From: Nemertoderma westbladi
Lineage: Eukaryota; Animalia; Xenacoelomorpha
NCBI GenBank assembly: GCA_032718475.1
Contig: JAUCBJ010007402.1
Location: 30,426-94,425 of the forward strand
Direction: 5' to 3'
DNA length: 64,000 bases
Shown here: positions 20,135-32,431 of the stretch, one piece after another
Layout: the number at the start of each line of letters is the position of its first letter
How positions within the stretch are numbered: the stretch's first letter is position 1
Notes under the pieces: model-generated
What the model was told of the DNA's origin: nothing
The model's input: the letters and a program-made list of their open reading frames with translations, nothing else
Databases searched by the model: none
Position numbers and translations under genes: made by a program

Positions 20135-20222
20135 CTAACTTTCCTCCCTCGAGTCCTGATTGGCTGCCTAACTCACCCACACGCTTTGATTGGATAATCA
20201 ATTCTAGCATCCCTCTATAATA
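20125..20222 (+). promoter_or_regulatory. Putative Pol II promoter (three ATTGG/CCAAT boxes + TATAAAT)
   Basis: ATTGG at ~20126, ~20159 and ~20189; TATAAAT at 20215-20221, ~145 bp before ATG 20364. Confidence 0.5.
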
Positions 20223-20363
20223 GCCCCCTTTCACCGCATTCCCATTCATTCTTTAATTTTTATTTTGAAAAGTTTTATTTATTTTCATAAAAGTTATATA
20301 TATTAAAATTTTTTTTAAATCATTTAGCTAAAATTCAATACTATCAATTGACATTGCTATATA

Positions 20364-21471
20364 ATGCATAGACATGAAAGTTGTTTGGTTTGTAATAAAG
20401 AAATGAGACAAGACGATGTATCTCGTCATATGGAAACACATAGAAAGGATAAACTAATGGATCCGTTACCAAAAAATTTTTAGAAATCCGAAGATATTTT
20501 TAAGGAAGGTGAAAAGAAAAAGAGAGATGAGCGTGATATATTAAAGATAAAACAGACAATGGAAAATAAATTTCATAAAGTTATGAATATTTTGAAAGGG
20601 ATACAAAAACAGTTACCCTTAGAAAATGAAGAAAATTTAAGTGAGAAAATGAAAAAGAAGAGGACGATGAGATGGAGAATAAAAATAGTGAGGATCAGGA
20701 TGAAGTTGAAGAGAGTGAGGTTGAGAATGAAGAAAGTGTCAGGAAGAGGATGAACAAAGTGAAGATCAGGAAGAGAATGAAGAAAGTGAAGGTCAGGAAG
20801 AGAATGAAGAAAGTGAAGGTCAGGAAGAGAATGAAGAAAGTGAAGAACAGGAAGGGGATAAAGAAAGTGAAGAACAGGAAGAGGATGAAGAAAGTGAAAA
20901 AGAGGAAGAGGATGAGGATGAAGAAAGTGAAGGTGGGTAAGGGGATGAAGAAGGTGAAGGTCAGAAAGAGGGTGAAGAATGTGAACATCAGGAAAGTGAA
21001 GAAGAGGATGAAAATAATGATAATGAGGAAATATTGAGACAATTACTTGGAAATAAGCATAAATTGCAGAAAATTGTTAAACATTTGAAGGAAAATGAAG
21101 AAAATAAAGAGGCGACATTGGCCAAAGTTCTAGGAAGTAAAATTAAATTACAGAAATTTATTAAACATTTAGAAGAGAATGATGAAAATAAAGAAGAGAT
21201 ATTGAGACAAATATTAGGAAACAAAAATCTAATGCGGAAATTTATTAAACAAATGGAAGAAAATGAGGAAAATAGAGAAGAGATATTAAGACAGGTTCTG
21301 GGAAATAAAAGTAAATTACTGAAAATTAATGAACAATTGAATAAAATTAAGAAACAGTTGGTTAATGAGGAAGATGAAAGTAAAGAAAATCAACCATCTT
21401 TTACTAATTTTCGAAGACCTATGATAAAAAACTCTCGTTCAGTATATGCCCGCGCAGGACGACGCTATTGA
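20364..21471 (+). pseudogene. Decayed gene: N-terminal C2H2-like finger, acidic 9-aa repeats, ILRQxLGNK helical repeats
   Basis: MHRHESCLVCNKEMRQDDVSRHMETH, then in-frame TAG, frameshifts near 20650 and 20740, 27-bp EENEESEGQ repeats with one TAA, running into ORF 21034-21471. Confidence 0.7.
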
Positions 21472-21502
21472 CATTTGTTTGTTTGAGTTCCTTTCATAAT
21501 AG

Positions 21503-21670
21503 TATTAGGGCTATTTATCTATAACAATTATATTACTATTAGGACTATTTATCCATAACAATTATATTAGTATTAGGACTATTTATCCATAATAATTATA
21601 TTAGTATTATAAATGTATTTACCCCACAATATTTATTACTATTAGGTCTATTTATTCAAGAAATTATATG
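21503..21670. repeat. ~33-bp AT-rich tandem repeat
   Basis: TATTAGGACTATTTATCCATAACAATTATATTA-like unit, about 5 copies. Confidence 0.85.
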
Positions 21671-21839
21671 TTTTTATAATATACTTTGGAAAATTGGTCG
21701 ACTAAGTCATAATTTTTAAAACTTTAAATAACTGTTGAGTTATTTTATAAAGTTAAGACGAGTGAATCAATGGAGGCAACCTGAAGTCTAATCTCTTGGC
21801 CTTTACTCATAAGACCGCACATTAACTCCCAAGGTTGCA

Positions 21840-21912
21840 TACCAAGGTTCGAACTCACGACTTTCTAATTAGAAAACTAAGCAAATGATCAGCTTAGACC
21901 CTTAATCTGAAG
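21840..21912 (-). repeat. Possible tRNA-derived remnant
   Basis: B-box-like GAGTTCGAACC on the minus strand; A box is poor. Confidence 0.3.
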
Positions 21913-21918
21913 CATCGA

Positions 21919-22051
21919 GCAGCCGCAATGAGAGAGCAGATGCGAGTACAGTGGTAAAGCCCATCCATGGTGAGATAACTTCACACTAACTCTCAAGGAA
22001 AGTTATACTCACCATCCAAATATCCCTCGCAATCCAGATATCCCCTAGCAT
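21919..22051 (-). repeat. Inner inverted repeat, right arm (IR-B')
   Basis: Reverse complement of 20005-20134. Confidence 0.92.
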
Positions 22052-22052
22052 C

Positions 22053-22143
22053 ACTATGCCTCAGTGCCTCAGTGAGGCATAATCTATGCCTCAGTGCCTC
22101 AGTGAGGCATAGTCTATGCCTCAGTGAATCATAGTCTGTGCCC
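22053..22143 (-). repeat. Minisatellite right arm, part 1 (split by the Gypsy insertion)
   Basis: TGAGGCATAGTCTATGCCTCAG units; continues at 27752. Confidence 0.9.
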
Positions 22144-22148
22144 CAGAG

Positions 22149-22435
22149 TGTGATGATAGACTCAAGGTGAGGGGTTTGGTTATACTTGTTATTATAAGGT
22201 GGTGGTTAACACGGGATCCAAGTCCGACTCATTAGACTGGCTTGACTTTAACCTAGCTATTAAGAGAGTACTGCTGATATGCTTACCGGTACCTTTGACT
22301 GCAATACGGTACAGCCATATATATTTATATATCATTCAGTATTTAGTCATGCAATTAATTACACTGAATTAGCATTCATCTGTCTGTTATTCGTTTATCT
22401 CATTATTGCGGTATCGCATTTTGAGTAACTTAACA
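22149..22435 (+). repeat. Gypsy 5' LTR
   Basis: Three substitutions and one 6-bp indel seen relative to the 3' LTR. Confidence 0.95.
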
Positions 22436-22454
22436 TGGCGCTGCGAGTAGGATT
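22436..22454 (+). other. Primer-binding site, probably tRNA-Ser
   Basis: TGGCGCTGCGAGTAGGATT immediately after the LTR CA; complementary to a ...GCAGCG-CCA tRNA 3' end. Confidence 0.75.
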
Positions 22455-22690
22455 GATACCAAACGGAAGTGATTACCCGATCAAACTTGAACACCAAGGG
22501 GACAAAGAACAGACTAACAGAAGAATACTGGAATGAATAAATATATATATATGTGAGTCTATCATATGCAGGGTAACTACCTATATTGCTAATTTGTAAA
22601 CCGACACCAGGTTTTTATTACCGGTACCCCAATTCTGTAATCGCATAGGCCTACCAACTGCTGAACTGCATTCCGGTACTACAAAAAAAA

Positions 22691-25600
22691 ATGGACAATA
22701 TGAAAATGGAATTAGAAGCCGCCAAAGCATCCCGAAGAACATTTAAAGGCCATCTAACTAGGTCTAGGGCAACATTAGAAACTTCTATTAGGGATTATGA
22801 AACCCACCCCCAAGGAAGCCGAGGCTCTGGGGCCACTATGCAGGCTGCTCTTAGGAAATTTGAAGAAAGGGTAGAAACCTTTATCAAAGCAGACAACACG
22901 GTAGCTCAAACCCGTGGGGCTACACAACAAGATCTTGCTATGGCAGATGTAGAGGAAGCTGACCTCGAAATTGTTCGATACACAGGAAAAGTTGCAGACC
23001 TCATAGACGCTGAGACCCACACACTCCGTCTTTCCCAGTCGCCTTCACCATTATCACCAATTAGGGGAGCTAGGCATACAAATGATAACCCTCTAAAGGC
23101 AACTGTAAAGCCTCCACCTTTACTTGAATCCAGTGTAGATATCCGCGAATTTACACATTGGAGAAAGGCTTGGAGAAATTTTTCATTACTTACTGGCTTA
23201 TCTCTGAAATCAAGGGAACATCAAGTTGCCATGTTGTGGTCTAACTGTACACCAGAATTTTTAAATATGGTGGACCGCTTAGGAAAAATACCACAAGATA
23301 CAGACATGGCCCTAGATGATGTCCTAGAATCAATTGCAAAATATCTGCGTAGCACCAGAAATATAAATGAAGATATTCAATTATATTTACAAGTAAAACA
23401 ACAACCACATGAAAAAATTGGCAAATATTATTCGAGATTATTAGAATTAGCTGAATATGCTGAAGCAGCCACATTAACATTTGATCAGCTAGCAACTGCT
23501 CTATTCATTTTAGGAGCAAATGATGAAGAGGCCAAACGCCTTGTGCTAAAAAACATACCACCATTAGATTTAGAAGAAACTGTGAAAAATTTTATAGCTG
23601 AAGAGTTAGCCCGTGAAACTGCTCCCAAATTAGAAACGCAGTTAACAAAATCACAATTATCAGCTATTACCGATGTTGAATACGACAATAATGATAGCGA
23701 TATTATAGCAGCTACAAGACCAACTGCTTATCGACGTAGTAAATATAGTACCCCTAACCCTAATGGTAATACTACCATATTATATAATAGAAGAAATGGT
23801 AATAACAGAGGTGAATTCTCATATAACCAGCAGCAGCCCCAACAAAACCGCTCCTGGTCAAGTAATAATCGGCCTCCAGTAACAAATATAAGGAAGGCCT
23901 GTGGCGCTTGTGGCGATGCCATACCAGATTCACAAATGAGACCATGCTCTGCCAAACATATCACTTGTTTTCGATGCGGATTTACAGGACATTTTCAAGC
24001 ACTTTGTCGTACTGTACTTCAAGGACAGAAAAAGGTAGCAGGAATAAAATATACAGGAAAGTGCTCTGTGATTGGTGCATTACCTAAAAGAACTTTACTT
24101 CTTGATGTAGAAATAAACAGGCAACTTATAGGAACAGTGAAAGCACGCCCAGAGACCGGTTCAGATGCTACGGTAGGAGGTATAAATTTCTTACATTCAC
24201 TTGATTTAATGAACACAACCACACTCGACCCCCCCACAGTAGACAAGTTTGAATCAATAAATGGAGGAAATTTAGAACAACTAGGAACTTTAAACATTAA
24301 TTTTAGAATCGGAAATAATCATATAGATACCAAAATTGTCATATGTGCAGCTGTTGAGATGGTATACTTATCATTAGAAGATAGCATAGGACTTGGAATA
24401 ATTCATTCTAATTTCCCATATCCGATACCAAATATACCCAATCGTATACAAGAACATGCTATGGAAACCACAAGAGAAGTCGGTAAAATCAAACAAATAA
24501 ACGCAAATAATAACAGTAAAGCTGTTTACACAAGATCCATCAGCGAAGAAATAAATGAAATTAACAAAAGTGATTTGTGGAATAAAACCAACAGGGAAAC
24601 ATGGATAAATTCACTTCCTACAGAACCTACTGTAGAAGAGAGGCAATCTGTAGTAAATGTCTTAATGGAAAAATATAACATTGCTTTTGATGATAACAAT
24701 TTCCTTCGACCTATGATGGGAGAAGATGTCGGTGATCCACTACATATTACATTAAAGAAAGATGCTAAACCATTTTCAATACATACAGCAAGATCTATTC
24801 CAATACCACTAAAAGAAAAGGCAAAGAATGAAATCTATAACATGGTTAACAAAGGCATAATAGCGCCTGTGGGCCTGTACCAACATCATGGTGTCACCCA
24901 ATGGTGATCATTCCTAAACCAGATGGTGATGTTCGAGTTTGCGCAGATCTAACTCGGCTTAATAAACAAATAGAACGAAGAGTCCATCCAACTATTACAC
25001 CAGCAGAAGCAGTAGCATCAATAGAATCATCAAGCAAATATTTTGTAAAATTAGACGCCCGCAAGGGATATTGGCAGGTGGGAACCTGCAGTCAGAGTCA
25101 GAGTTTAACGGTCTTTATAACACCTTGGGGTAAATTTTATTATTTGCGTGCCCCAATGGGTCTTATGTATACAGGGGACCACTACGGATATAGAGGTGAT
25201 ATCGCATTCAATGAAATTGCAGGTATTCAGAAGATAGTAGATGATACATTAGTTGGTCGCCCAACATATCATGAAGCACTTAAAGTTGCTTGTATTTTAT
25301 TAGAAAGATGTATAAAATTTGGTATTACACTAAACCAAAATAAATGTCGATTTGGGGAAACAGAAGTCATGTTTGCAGGATATAAAATACATAATGGTAG
25401 CTATACCATAGATGAGAAGAAAGTGACAGCCATAACAAACTTCCCGGCACCTAAAACACGCACTGAATTGCAATCCTTTCTTGGATTAGCTAATCAGTTA
25501 GGATCATTTACACACGAATTGGCATCAGCAACAGAACCCCTGCATCCTTTACTACAAAAAAGGAGCATATTCACATGGCTTCCAGAACATGAATTAGCCT

Positions 25601-27397
25601 TTCAGAGAACAAAAGAAGTCTTAACATCCCCAGTCGTGAAAGCTCTATATGATCATAAACGTGAAACAATCATAACATGTGATGCATCTCGACGAAATGG
25701 TTTGGGATTTGCACTATTGCAGTTAGACAAGGAAAATAACTGGCGATTAGTGGAATGTGGATCCCGATATTTACAGGACGCTGAATCACGTTATGCAGTT
25801 TGTGAGATGGAAGCACTAGCAATATATTGGGCAATAACGAAATGCCGAATATATCTCGCCGGTTTACCCTACTTCAAAGTCATTACAGACCACAAACCTC
25901 TAGTTCAAATATTTAATGAAAAAAGATTAGATGAAATTGAAAATCCAAGACTACAGCGTTACTGTTCTAAATTAAATGGTTATTCGTTTGACGTAGAATG
26001 GAAAAAAGGGAAAGACAATATCATAGCAGATGCACTATCTCGTTCACCTGTTGACGAACCAACCCAAGAAGACTTCGGAGAGATGAAAGACAGCACGAAA
26101 ATGGCAGCTGCAATGTTGACTGCATTGAATGTCACTGCTGAACCATCTGACCTTATCCTGGATGATTTAAGACATGCGGCTAAAGAAGATGATGATTATT
26201 TATCATTAATAAATATGATTGAATTTGGTTTTGAAAACAGTAACAGTAATAGAAACAATTATGTTTTATTATCATTTTAAATCAATGGCGAATGATCTAT
26301 CAGTGGATTGTGGATTAGTGATATTTGGCAGGCGTATTGTAATACCAAAATCCAAGATTAAAACTATTTTGAATAAACTCCATTCGTCACATCAAGGAAT
26401 TGAACGTACTCGACAACGAGCCAGAGATAATGTTTACTGGCCAGGATTTAATAATGACATTAAAATGAAGATTGAATCGTGCCAAAGATGTCAGGAAAGT
26501 AGACCATCGAATAGGAAAGAACCAGAAATTCAAGATTTTATTCCATCTAGACCATATCAATCAGTATCAGCCGATTTATTCCACTCCAATGGAAAGTCGT
26601 ACCTAGTTTATTCTGACAGATACAGCGGATTTCCATTAATAGATGATTGGAACAGATTACCATCCTCTGCCCAAGTGATTAAATCTTTGAGGTCGTTTTT
26701 TGCTTTAATGGGAGCCCCCATTCACATACGCACTGATGGTGCAGGTCAATTTGATAGTGAAGAAATGCGCCAATTCTTTGACCTTTGGGGGGTAGTATGG
26801 CAACCATCTACACCTACCTATGCCCAAAGCAATGGACATGCCGAGTCCTCAGTTAAAACAATCAAGAGCCTCGTTTCAAAATGCCCAAATGGGGATATCC
26901 AGAGCCAGGAGTTTCTCGCAGGATTATTAGAACTTTGAAATACCCCACGAACCGATTCTATGTCCCCAGCCGAACGAGTTTTTGGATATCCAACCAGATC
27001 ATTAATTCCTGCTCACCATTCGACATTTAGCAAACAATGGCAAAAGGAAGTTGACATTGCAGATAGTAATCGATGCCTGATTAAATGTAAAGAGAGATTA
27101 TATTATGACCATGGGGCGCAAACTTTGCCAAGGCTAAATGTGAATGACCAGGTGTATATACAAAATGAACGTAGTAAACGGTGGAACCGTTCCGGAACAA
27201 TAATCGAAATATCTCCCTTTCGGGGATATCGTGTTCGACTACGATCTGGTTTTGTGATGTGGAGAAACCGTCGATTCCTTCGACTACGTAAAGAACACAC
27301 AAGTACACATGAAATAACTGAAACTCCCATCAGCAACAACCATACAGTTCATGAACCACAAGGTGAGAAACGAACAAGCGATCGAGTAAGAAATTAA
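22691..27397 (+). pseudogene. Gypsy gag-pol, disrupted
   Basis: CGAC/CFRCGFTGHFQALC knuckles; protease PETGS (D-to-E change); KLDARKGYWQ, IVDD; CDAS, TDHKPL, ADALSR; HQG..C..C, ADLF, TDG, SNGHAE. Frameshifts near 24880 and 26270; stop at 26936. Confidence 0.93.
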
Positions 27398-27465
27398 ATC
27401 AAACGCTACCCAGAAACATTTTAGTCATATGCAATTAACCTTGATATGACTCGTAGGAGGAGAGT

Positions 27466-27746
27466 TGTAGACTCAAGGTGAGGGGTTTGGTTATACTTGT
27501 TATTATAAGGTGGTGGTTAACACAGGATCCAAGTCCGACTCATTAGACTGGCATGACTTTAACCTAGCTATTAAGAGAGTACTGCTGATATGCTTACCGG
27601 TACCTTTGACTGCAATACGGTACAGCCATATATATTTATATATCATTCAGTATTTAGTCATGCAATTAATTACACTGAATTAGCATTCATCTGTCTGTTA
27701 TTCGTTTATCTCATTATTGCGGTATCGCATTTCGAGTAACTTAACA
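27466..27746 (+). repeat. Gypsy 3' LTR
   Basis: Direct repeat of 22149-22435. Confidence 0.95.
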
Positions 27747-27751
27747 CAGAG

Positions 27752-27921
27752 AGGCATAGTTTATGCCTCAGTGAGGCATAGTCTATGCCTCAGTGCCTCA
27801 GTGAGGCATAGTCTATGCCTCAGTGCCTCAGTGAGGCATAGTCTATTCCTCAGTGCCTCAGTGAGGCATAGTCTATGCCTCAGTGCCTCAGTGAGGCATA
27901 GTCTATGCCTCAGTGCCTCAG
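27752..27921 (-). repeat. Minisatellite right arm, part 2
   Basis: (GTGAGGCATAGTCTATGCCTCAGTGCCTCA)n 30-bp variant. Confidence 0.93.
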
Positions 27922-28123
27922 TTAGTTTCACTAAAACGGATTAATTTTTATAAATTATATTATATTATATGTTACTTGTTAAATGTTTTATGTTAATTAT
28001 TGAGTGTGTTATATATCATAAATGTTATAATGTATTATCGTAGAGAAAAAATGAAAAATAACCGGTAAAACATCTTATATTTTTTAAACATAAAGGAGGA
28101 AACAAGAATAAATAATTTACTAG

Positions 28124-28394
28124 GTTAGAGAAGATGTTAATGTTCAGATAATACGCCCTCTAGTGGCAGACTATGGAATGGCTGGCGGCTGGATATAGGT
28201 AAGAGTAATTAGTAATCGGAGGTGTCACGAGAGGGGGGCGCGGGGCGCTTGGATACAACTATTATTAATGAGCTGTTGCTTGGTTAAAGCAAATTCAGGG
28301 TCAAAGGTCAACGATAAAGCTGTCTGGATATAGATAAGAGTAATTAGTTACCAGTAAGGGAGCTGTATACCCTATGGCTAAGTATGACAACGTC
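28124..28394 (-). repeat. Outer inverted repeat, right arm (IR-A'), part 1
   Basis: Reverse complement of ~18840-19106; interrupted by BEL-3. Confidence 0.92.
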
Positions 28395-30651
28395 TGTAAG
28401 GGTCCAGTAGTATACCGCTTACCAGATCCTAGTAACGATGTATCTTACTATGAGACTCTAGTAATGTATACGGGCTTGTACAGTATCTGACAACAAATCC
28501 CAGTCCAGGATATCTAAACAAACAGATATAGTACACAAACGACTACTGGCGAGGAACAGAGCCTTGTATCTATTCTATGTACGTGAGCGGGTCGAATGCC
28601 TACGTACTAGACAGAAGGATACCTGTCCTCTAACCGGTGAGGCAGATGTACAGTTACAGTAACAGACCAAACTCACGGGAAAACAATCCCCGCGCAGCGA
28701 ATCCTAACTATCACTGACAGTCCTAAATACAGTAACTTGCCGCGGTGTGATTTATATGGGTTTATATACGAGCTAGTGGGTTAACAGACCTAGCGTAACA
28801 ACACTGACAGTCCTAAATCAGTCGAAAAGGGGTCGTACCTAAATGTAACAATAACTGATCCCCCTGTACGAAATCAGTCTAAAGGGTCAGGCCTAAATGT
28901 AACAATACCGTTGTCCAGACAAACAACAGTTTAATAACGAAAATGAAATACTCCTTATCTTGCCGCAACTAAATCAGATCCTAATTTTACAAATACAGAT
29001 AATTTCCACCTAACGTAATGTATAGTACGCTATAGCTAGTAGAACTTTAAGGGCAATATGTTTTAGGGCGTGTGTGTGTGGGTGTGTTACAAATAAAACA
29101 ATTTCGTGTAATTCCTTTTTACTAGGTTTTAGTGATTTTCTGACTAAATGATACCGTGCGCTAGCTACTAAAATAAACTAGTCGCGTTTGTAGAACTTTA
29201 TACTCACGAATGACGTCAAAGCTCTCTCCTTCCTATCCACAACCCAATGGGCAACCACAGTGTTAGTAACTACACCCGTGATCGGCACTAATACCAGATT
29301 CTGGTTGTAAGATAAGAATAGGGGTTAATCGCTACCGTACGTTAGCTGATCTGGTATACTAATTTAATTCTAGAACTTTGTTGCTGCGGTAGTTAGCAGC
29401 AATACCTATCAGTACGTGGCAAGGCGCGGTAGGATATTAATAAACCTCCCTAGGCCAAGCAGTGTGCCGGTAGCAGAAATACTCCTTGCCTGATCAAATA
29501 GCTAACTCCAGACAGGGAGGGGGGGGGGGGGGTACTAATGTACGTTCTACAAAGCGAACCGGTACCAAACAGTCAGTGCTACGAATCACTAAATTATGGA
29601 ACGTATGCTGTCCGTACCTAATGTGTACTCGCGTACTGACGAATGGCAATAGTTCGCACCTGTAGGAAGTACAGGTTAACCCAGGGATTCGTAGGACTGA
29701 CAAAGGGGGGGTGTCTGGATATAATTATTTGATCCTAAATTTGCGGCGTCCAGTGCGGTGTCACGCTTACCCTGATCTATAGGTCTTACGGCGGGCAAGG
29801 GCGTCGAACAAAGTCTTACCTTTCTCACAAAGCGGGCGCTGCATAGCAAGTCGAGCATTTCGAAGGGGCAAAGGGGGTGCGCGGTCAATCCAATGTGGGC
29901 GCTAGCGTGTTGTGGACATCCCTTCCCTGCGTTGCTTACGGCCTAACGATCTAGGCTGCCATCTCCCTGGTGTTCGGCTGTCCCGAAGTCGGACCAAAAG
30001 AAAACATGTCAGGAAATTGCAGTATATTTACAGTTTTACAAAAGGATTTATCAAATAAAGTTTCAACAAGAAACCGAAATAAAATCAACAATTCTAAGAA
30101 GTAGATAATGACATAAGAGTGTGTGATAACCGAAGGCAAACCGGCCTTTTATACTAGAAATTGCACATGGAAACTAAACAGAATTTTCCACAGCTTCACA
30201 TTTGAGCATTAAAGTGCTTCGTGCCCTATGATTGGCCCAGCTCATCGTTCAACGCAGTCCGGCCCTTACACTAATCTGGGACATGGAATCCTAACAGAAT
30301 TTTCCACTGCCTCACATTTGAGCAATAAGATAATTTATGCCCTATGATTGGCCTGGCTCATCATTCACTACGCTGTACGCTTCTCATTGGCCTACCAATT
30401 AGCACCACACGAAAATAAATGGCCCCAAAATACAAATTTCCCGACTGGGATTCGAACTCGTAACCTACGTAATGTAACCAACGCCTTAACCATCTGACCA
30501 CTACGCCACGAGAGTACCTAAAGGTTTTATGTGTACAAATATGAATAGGCATATTACATTACTGTAACTTAATCAAAATACGTCGGATTTTCAAAAGTTT
30601 TTACGTTAAAGTTAAACTACAAATGCTACCTTATAGTGAAATAATTCATCA
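28395..30651 (-). repeat. BEL-3 3' LTR
   Basis: Three substitutions and a poly-G length difference seen versus the 5' LTR; minus-strand TATAAAA at ~30147-30153 with upstream CCAAT boxes. Confidence 0.97.
30440..30510 (-). repeat. tRNA-like A/B-box segment inside the BEL-3 LTR (copy at 45421-45491)
   Basis: TGGTCAGATGG ... GAGTTCGAATCCC with tRNA-like spacing; stems degenerate. Confidence 0.55.
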
Positions 30652-31389
30652 CCGCTCCATGAAAACAGTAAGTAAGACTGTTTTCACCAATCGAAATATA
30701 AAATATTTACAAACTATTTCTAAATTTACTGGTAGGGCCTAAAATATAAAATATAATCACTATCTAATTATTGCATACTTAATATTGCAGATACGGCGTA
30801 AATACAATCGATCGTACATACAAATACAAATTTACGAATTAACTTTAGTGCCTAAAATACAAAAAAAAGGCTTTCGGTTATCAAGATAAACAAATTAAAC
30901 AAATCAGAACAAATAAATCAAAACAAATCGAACAAATAAATCAAACTCTTTCGATAAATCTTTATATATTGTAAATATACATAATAAACCTTCACCAAAT
31001 TAAATCTGTCCAAATATAATATAAACATAATGCGCTAATAACTTCCAATAGTGTCCTCCTGACGATCTAATAGTTCGTCCTGCTGGTCTGGATATCTTCT
31101 CCTGAGCACTAATTGCTAACGGTAGGCTCGCAAGCCTTCCTTTCCATATCTCGTTCTTCCAAACCCAACGTCCGATATAAATACCCAAATATAATATCCA
31201 AATATAAAATATTCAATATAAATATCCAATATAACATCCAAATATAATATCTGAATATAATATCCTTTCTTCTCGCTTTCCTATTCCTTGGCCGACCGGG
31301 CTCGTCCACGTCCTCTATTGCGATTGGGTGGTGGTCGAGGTCGAACTGGGCTCGGACTTCGGCGTCGAGTTGTCGGTGGTTCCAAAACG

Positions 31390-31641
31390 CTAGGAAAGGG
31401 GACGACGGGAGATGAAACGACCGCCTTCTTGGTAACGCAGACTTTGGTGGTTTGGGCAACGCGCTAATATCAGCTCGGGGTTCTCGCAAACGTCGCTGGC
31501 GTCGCATAACGCATCGTAGGGGTACAACGCTTTGAACTCCGCGCGTAACTCCTCCGCTGTTTTGTTATAAGCGTCCAATCGCTGTCGCGTGACGTTTGGA
31601 TCCGCCTTGGATTTAGCGAGCTTGGCTGTACTCCTAGCCAT
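31390..31641 (-). CDS. Putative small accessory protein in the BEL-3 3' region (spliced)
   Basis: MARSTAKLAK...CDASDVC..C..H, downstream of a consensus intron 31936-31740 (AAG|GTGAGT, CTAAC, pyrimidine tract, TAG). Confidence 0.4.
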   Translation of the reverse strand: MARSTAKLAKSKADPNVTRQRLDAYNKTAEELRAEFKALYPYDALCDASDVCENPELILARCPNHQSLRYQEGGRFISRRPLS

Positions 31642-32431
31642 ACTCTCCACTCCAAACAGGTTAAAGTTTTGGCCCCATATCGGTTGAACGGCGCCTGGTG
31701 CTCCTATTCCTGCGTGGATCTTTGATAATAGTGTTTCTACTAGAGGAAGCACAAACAGAGGTTAGATGTGAGGTGACTTAGAGTTTGTCGGCTTTTGGCT
31801 CAACTCTGCTCTAAACCCCAACCCATTTGCCTAATGACTTCGGGTTCGCGTGATTTCGCACTGGCTCCTAATCCAAAAAATTGTGCCGATAAAAAACGAA
31901 TTCCGGGTAAACTAGCCGCGAGTCTAAAATACTCACCTTTTAATTTCCCAAACTACGTTTCCCAAGAAAAATAGTGCAGTCGAGAATTAATTGGTCTAAA
32001 TAATAGTAGACACGACTACGTAGAACAAGGCCGATTTTCTTTTCCAAAAAAAATTTATCGGTAGGCTCGCAAGCCTTCCATCCGCTCTTGTCCTCCCCAA
32101 TTTTAATTTTATCTAGCTGTATTCTAGAATTTGCTTTCACTGGAGAATCGTTTTTCTTAAATTTAAATCCAAACAAATGGATTTGTCTAATAATTTTTGA
32201 AAAATTGTCTCACTTGTGGGTTCCAAGTGGAATTCCATTCCTACTGTACACACAATCCCGCTCCTATGTGATACATAAGGGTACTACCCTCCATGTTCAC
32301 GTATAAAGACAATGGAATTCCACCGCTGTCTCTATCTACAGTGAAGAGGATTACAAATGCACGTACAGTAATACAAATACAAATAACTAAAATACAGTAG
32401 GTCTATGTGGCGGCCAACAAAGGTCCCACAT

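Larger units (their letters stand above)
22149..27746 (+). mobile_element. Ty3/Gypsy LTR retrotransposon, Mag-like, full-length but decayed
   Basis: LTRs 22149-22435 and 27466-27746 (TG...CA); 5-bp TSD CAGAG (22144-22148, 27747-27751); PBS; PPT AGGAGGAGAG. Confidence 0.96.

Noticed and set aside
20672-21042. Lys/Arg-rich 'protamine-like' and Phe-rich ORFs
   Set aside because: Wrong-frame or antisense readings of the acidic 27-bp repeat.
29494-30552. Four short ORFs in the BEL-3 LTR (duplicated at 44487-45533)
   Set aside because: 60-70 codons, no motifs, and one is frame-shifted between LTRs by the poly-G tract.
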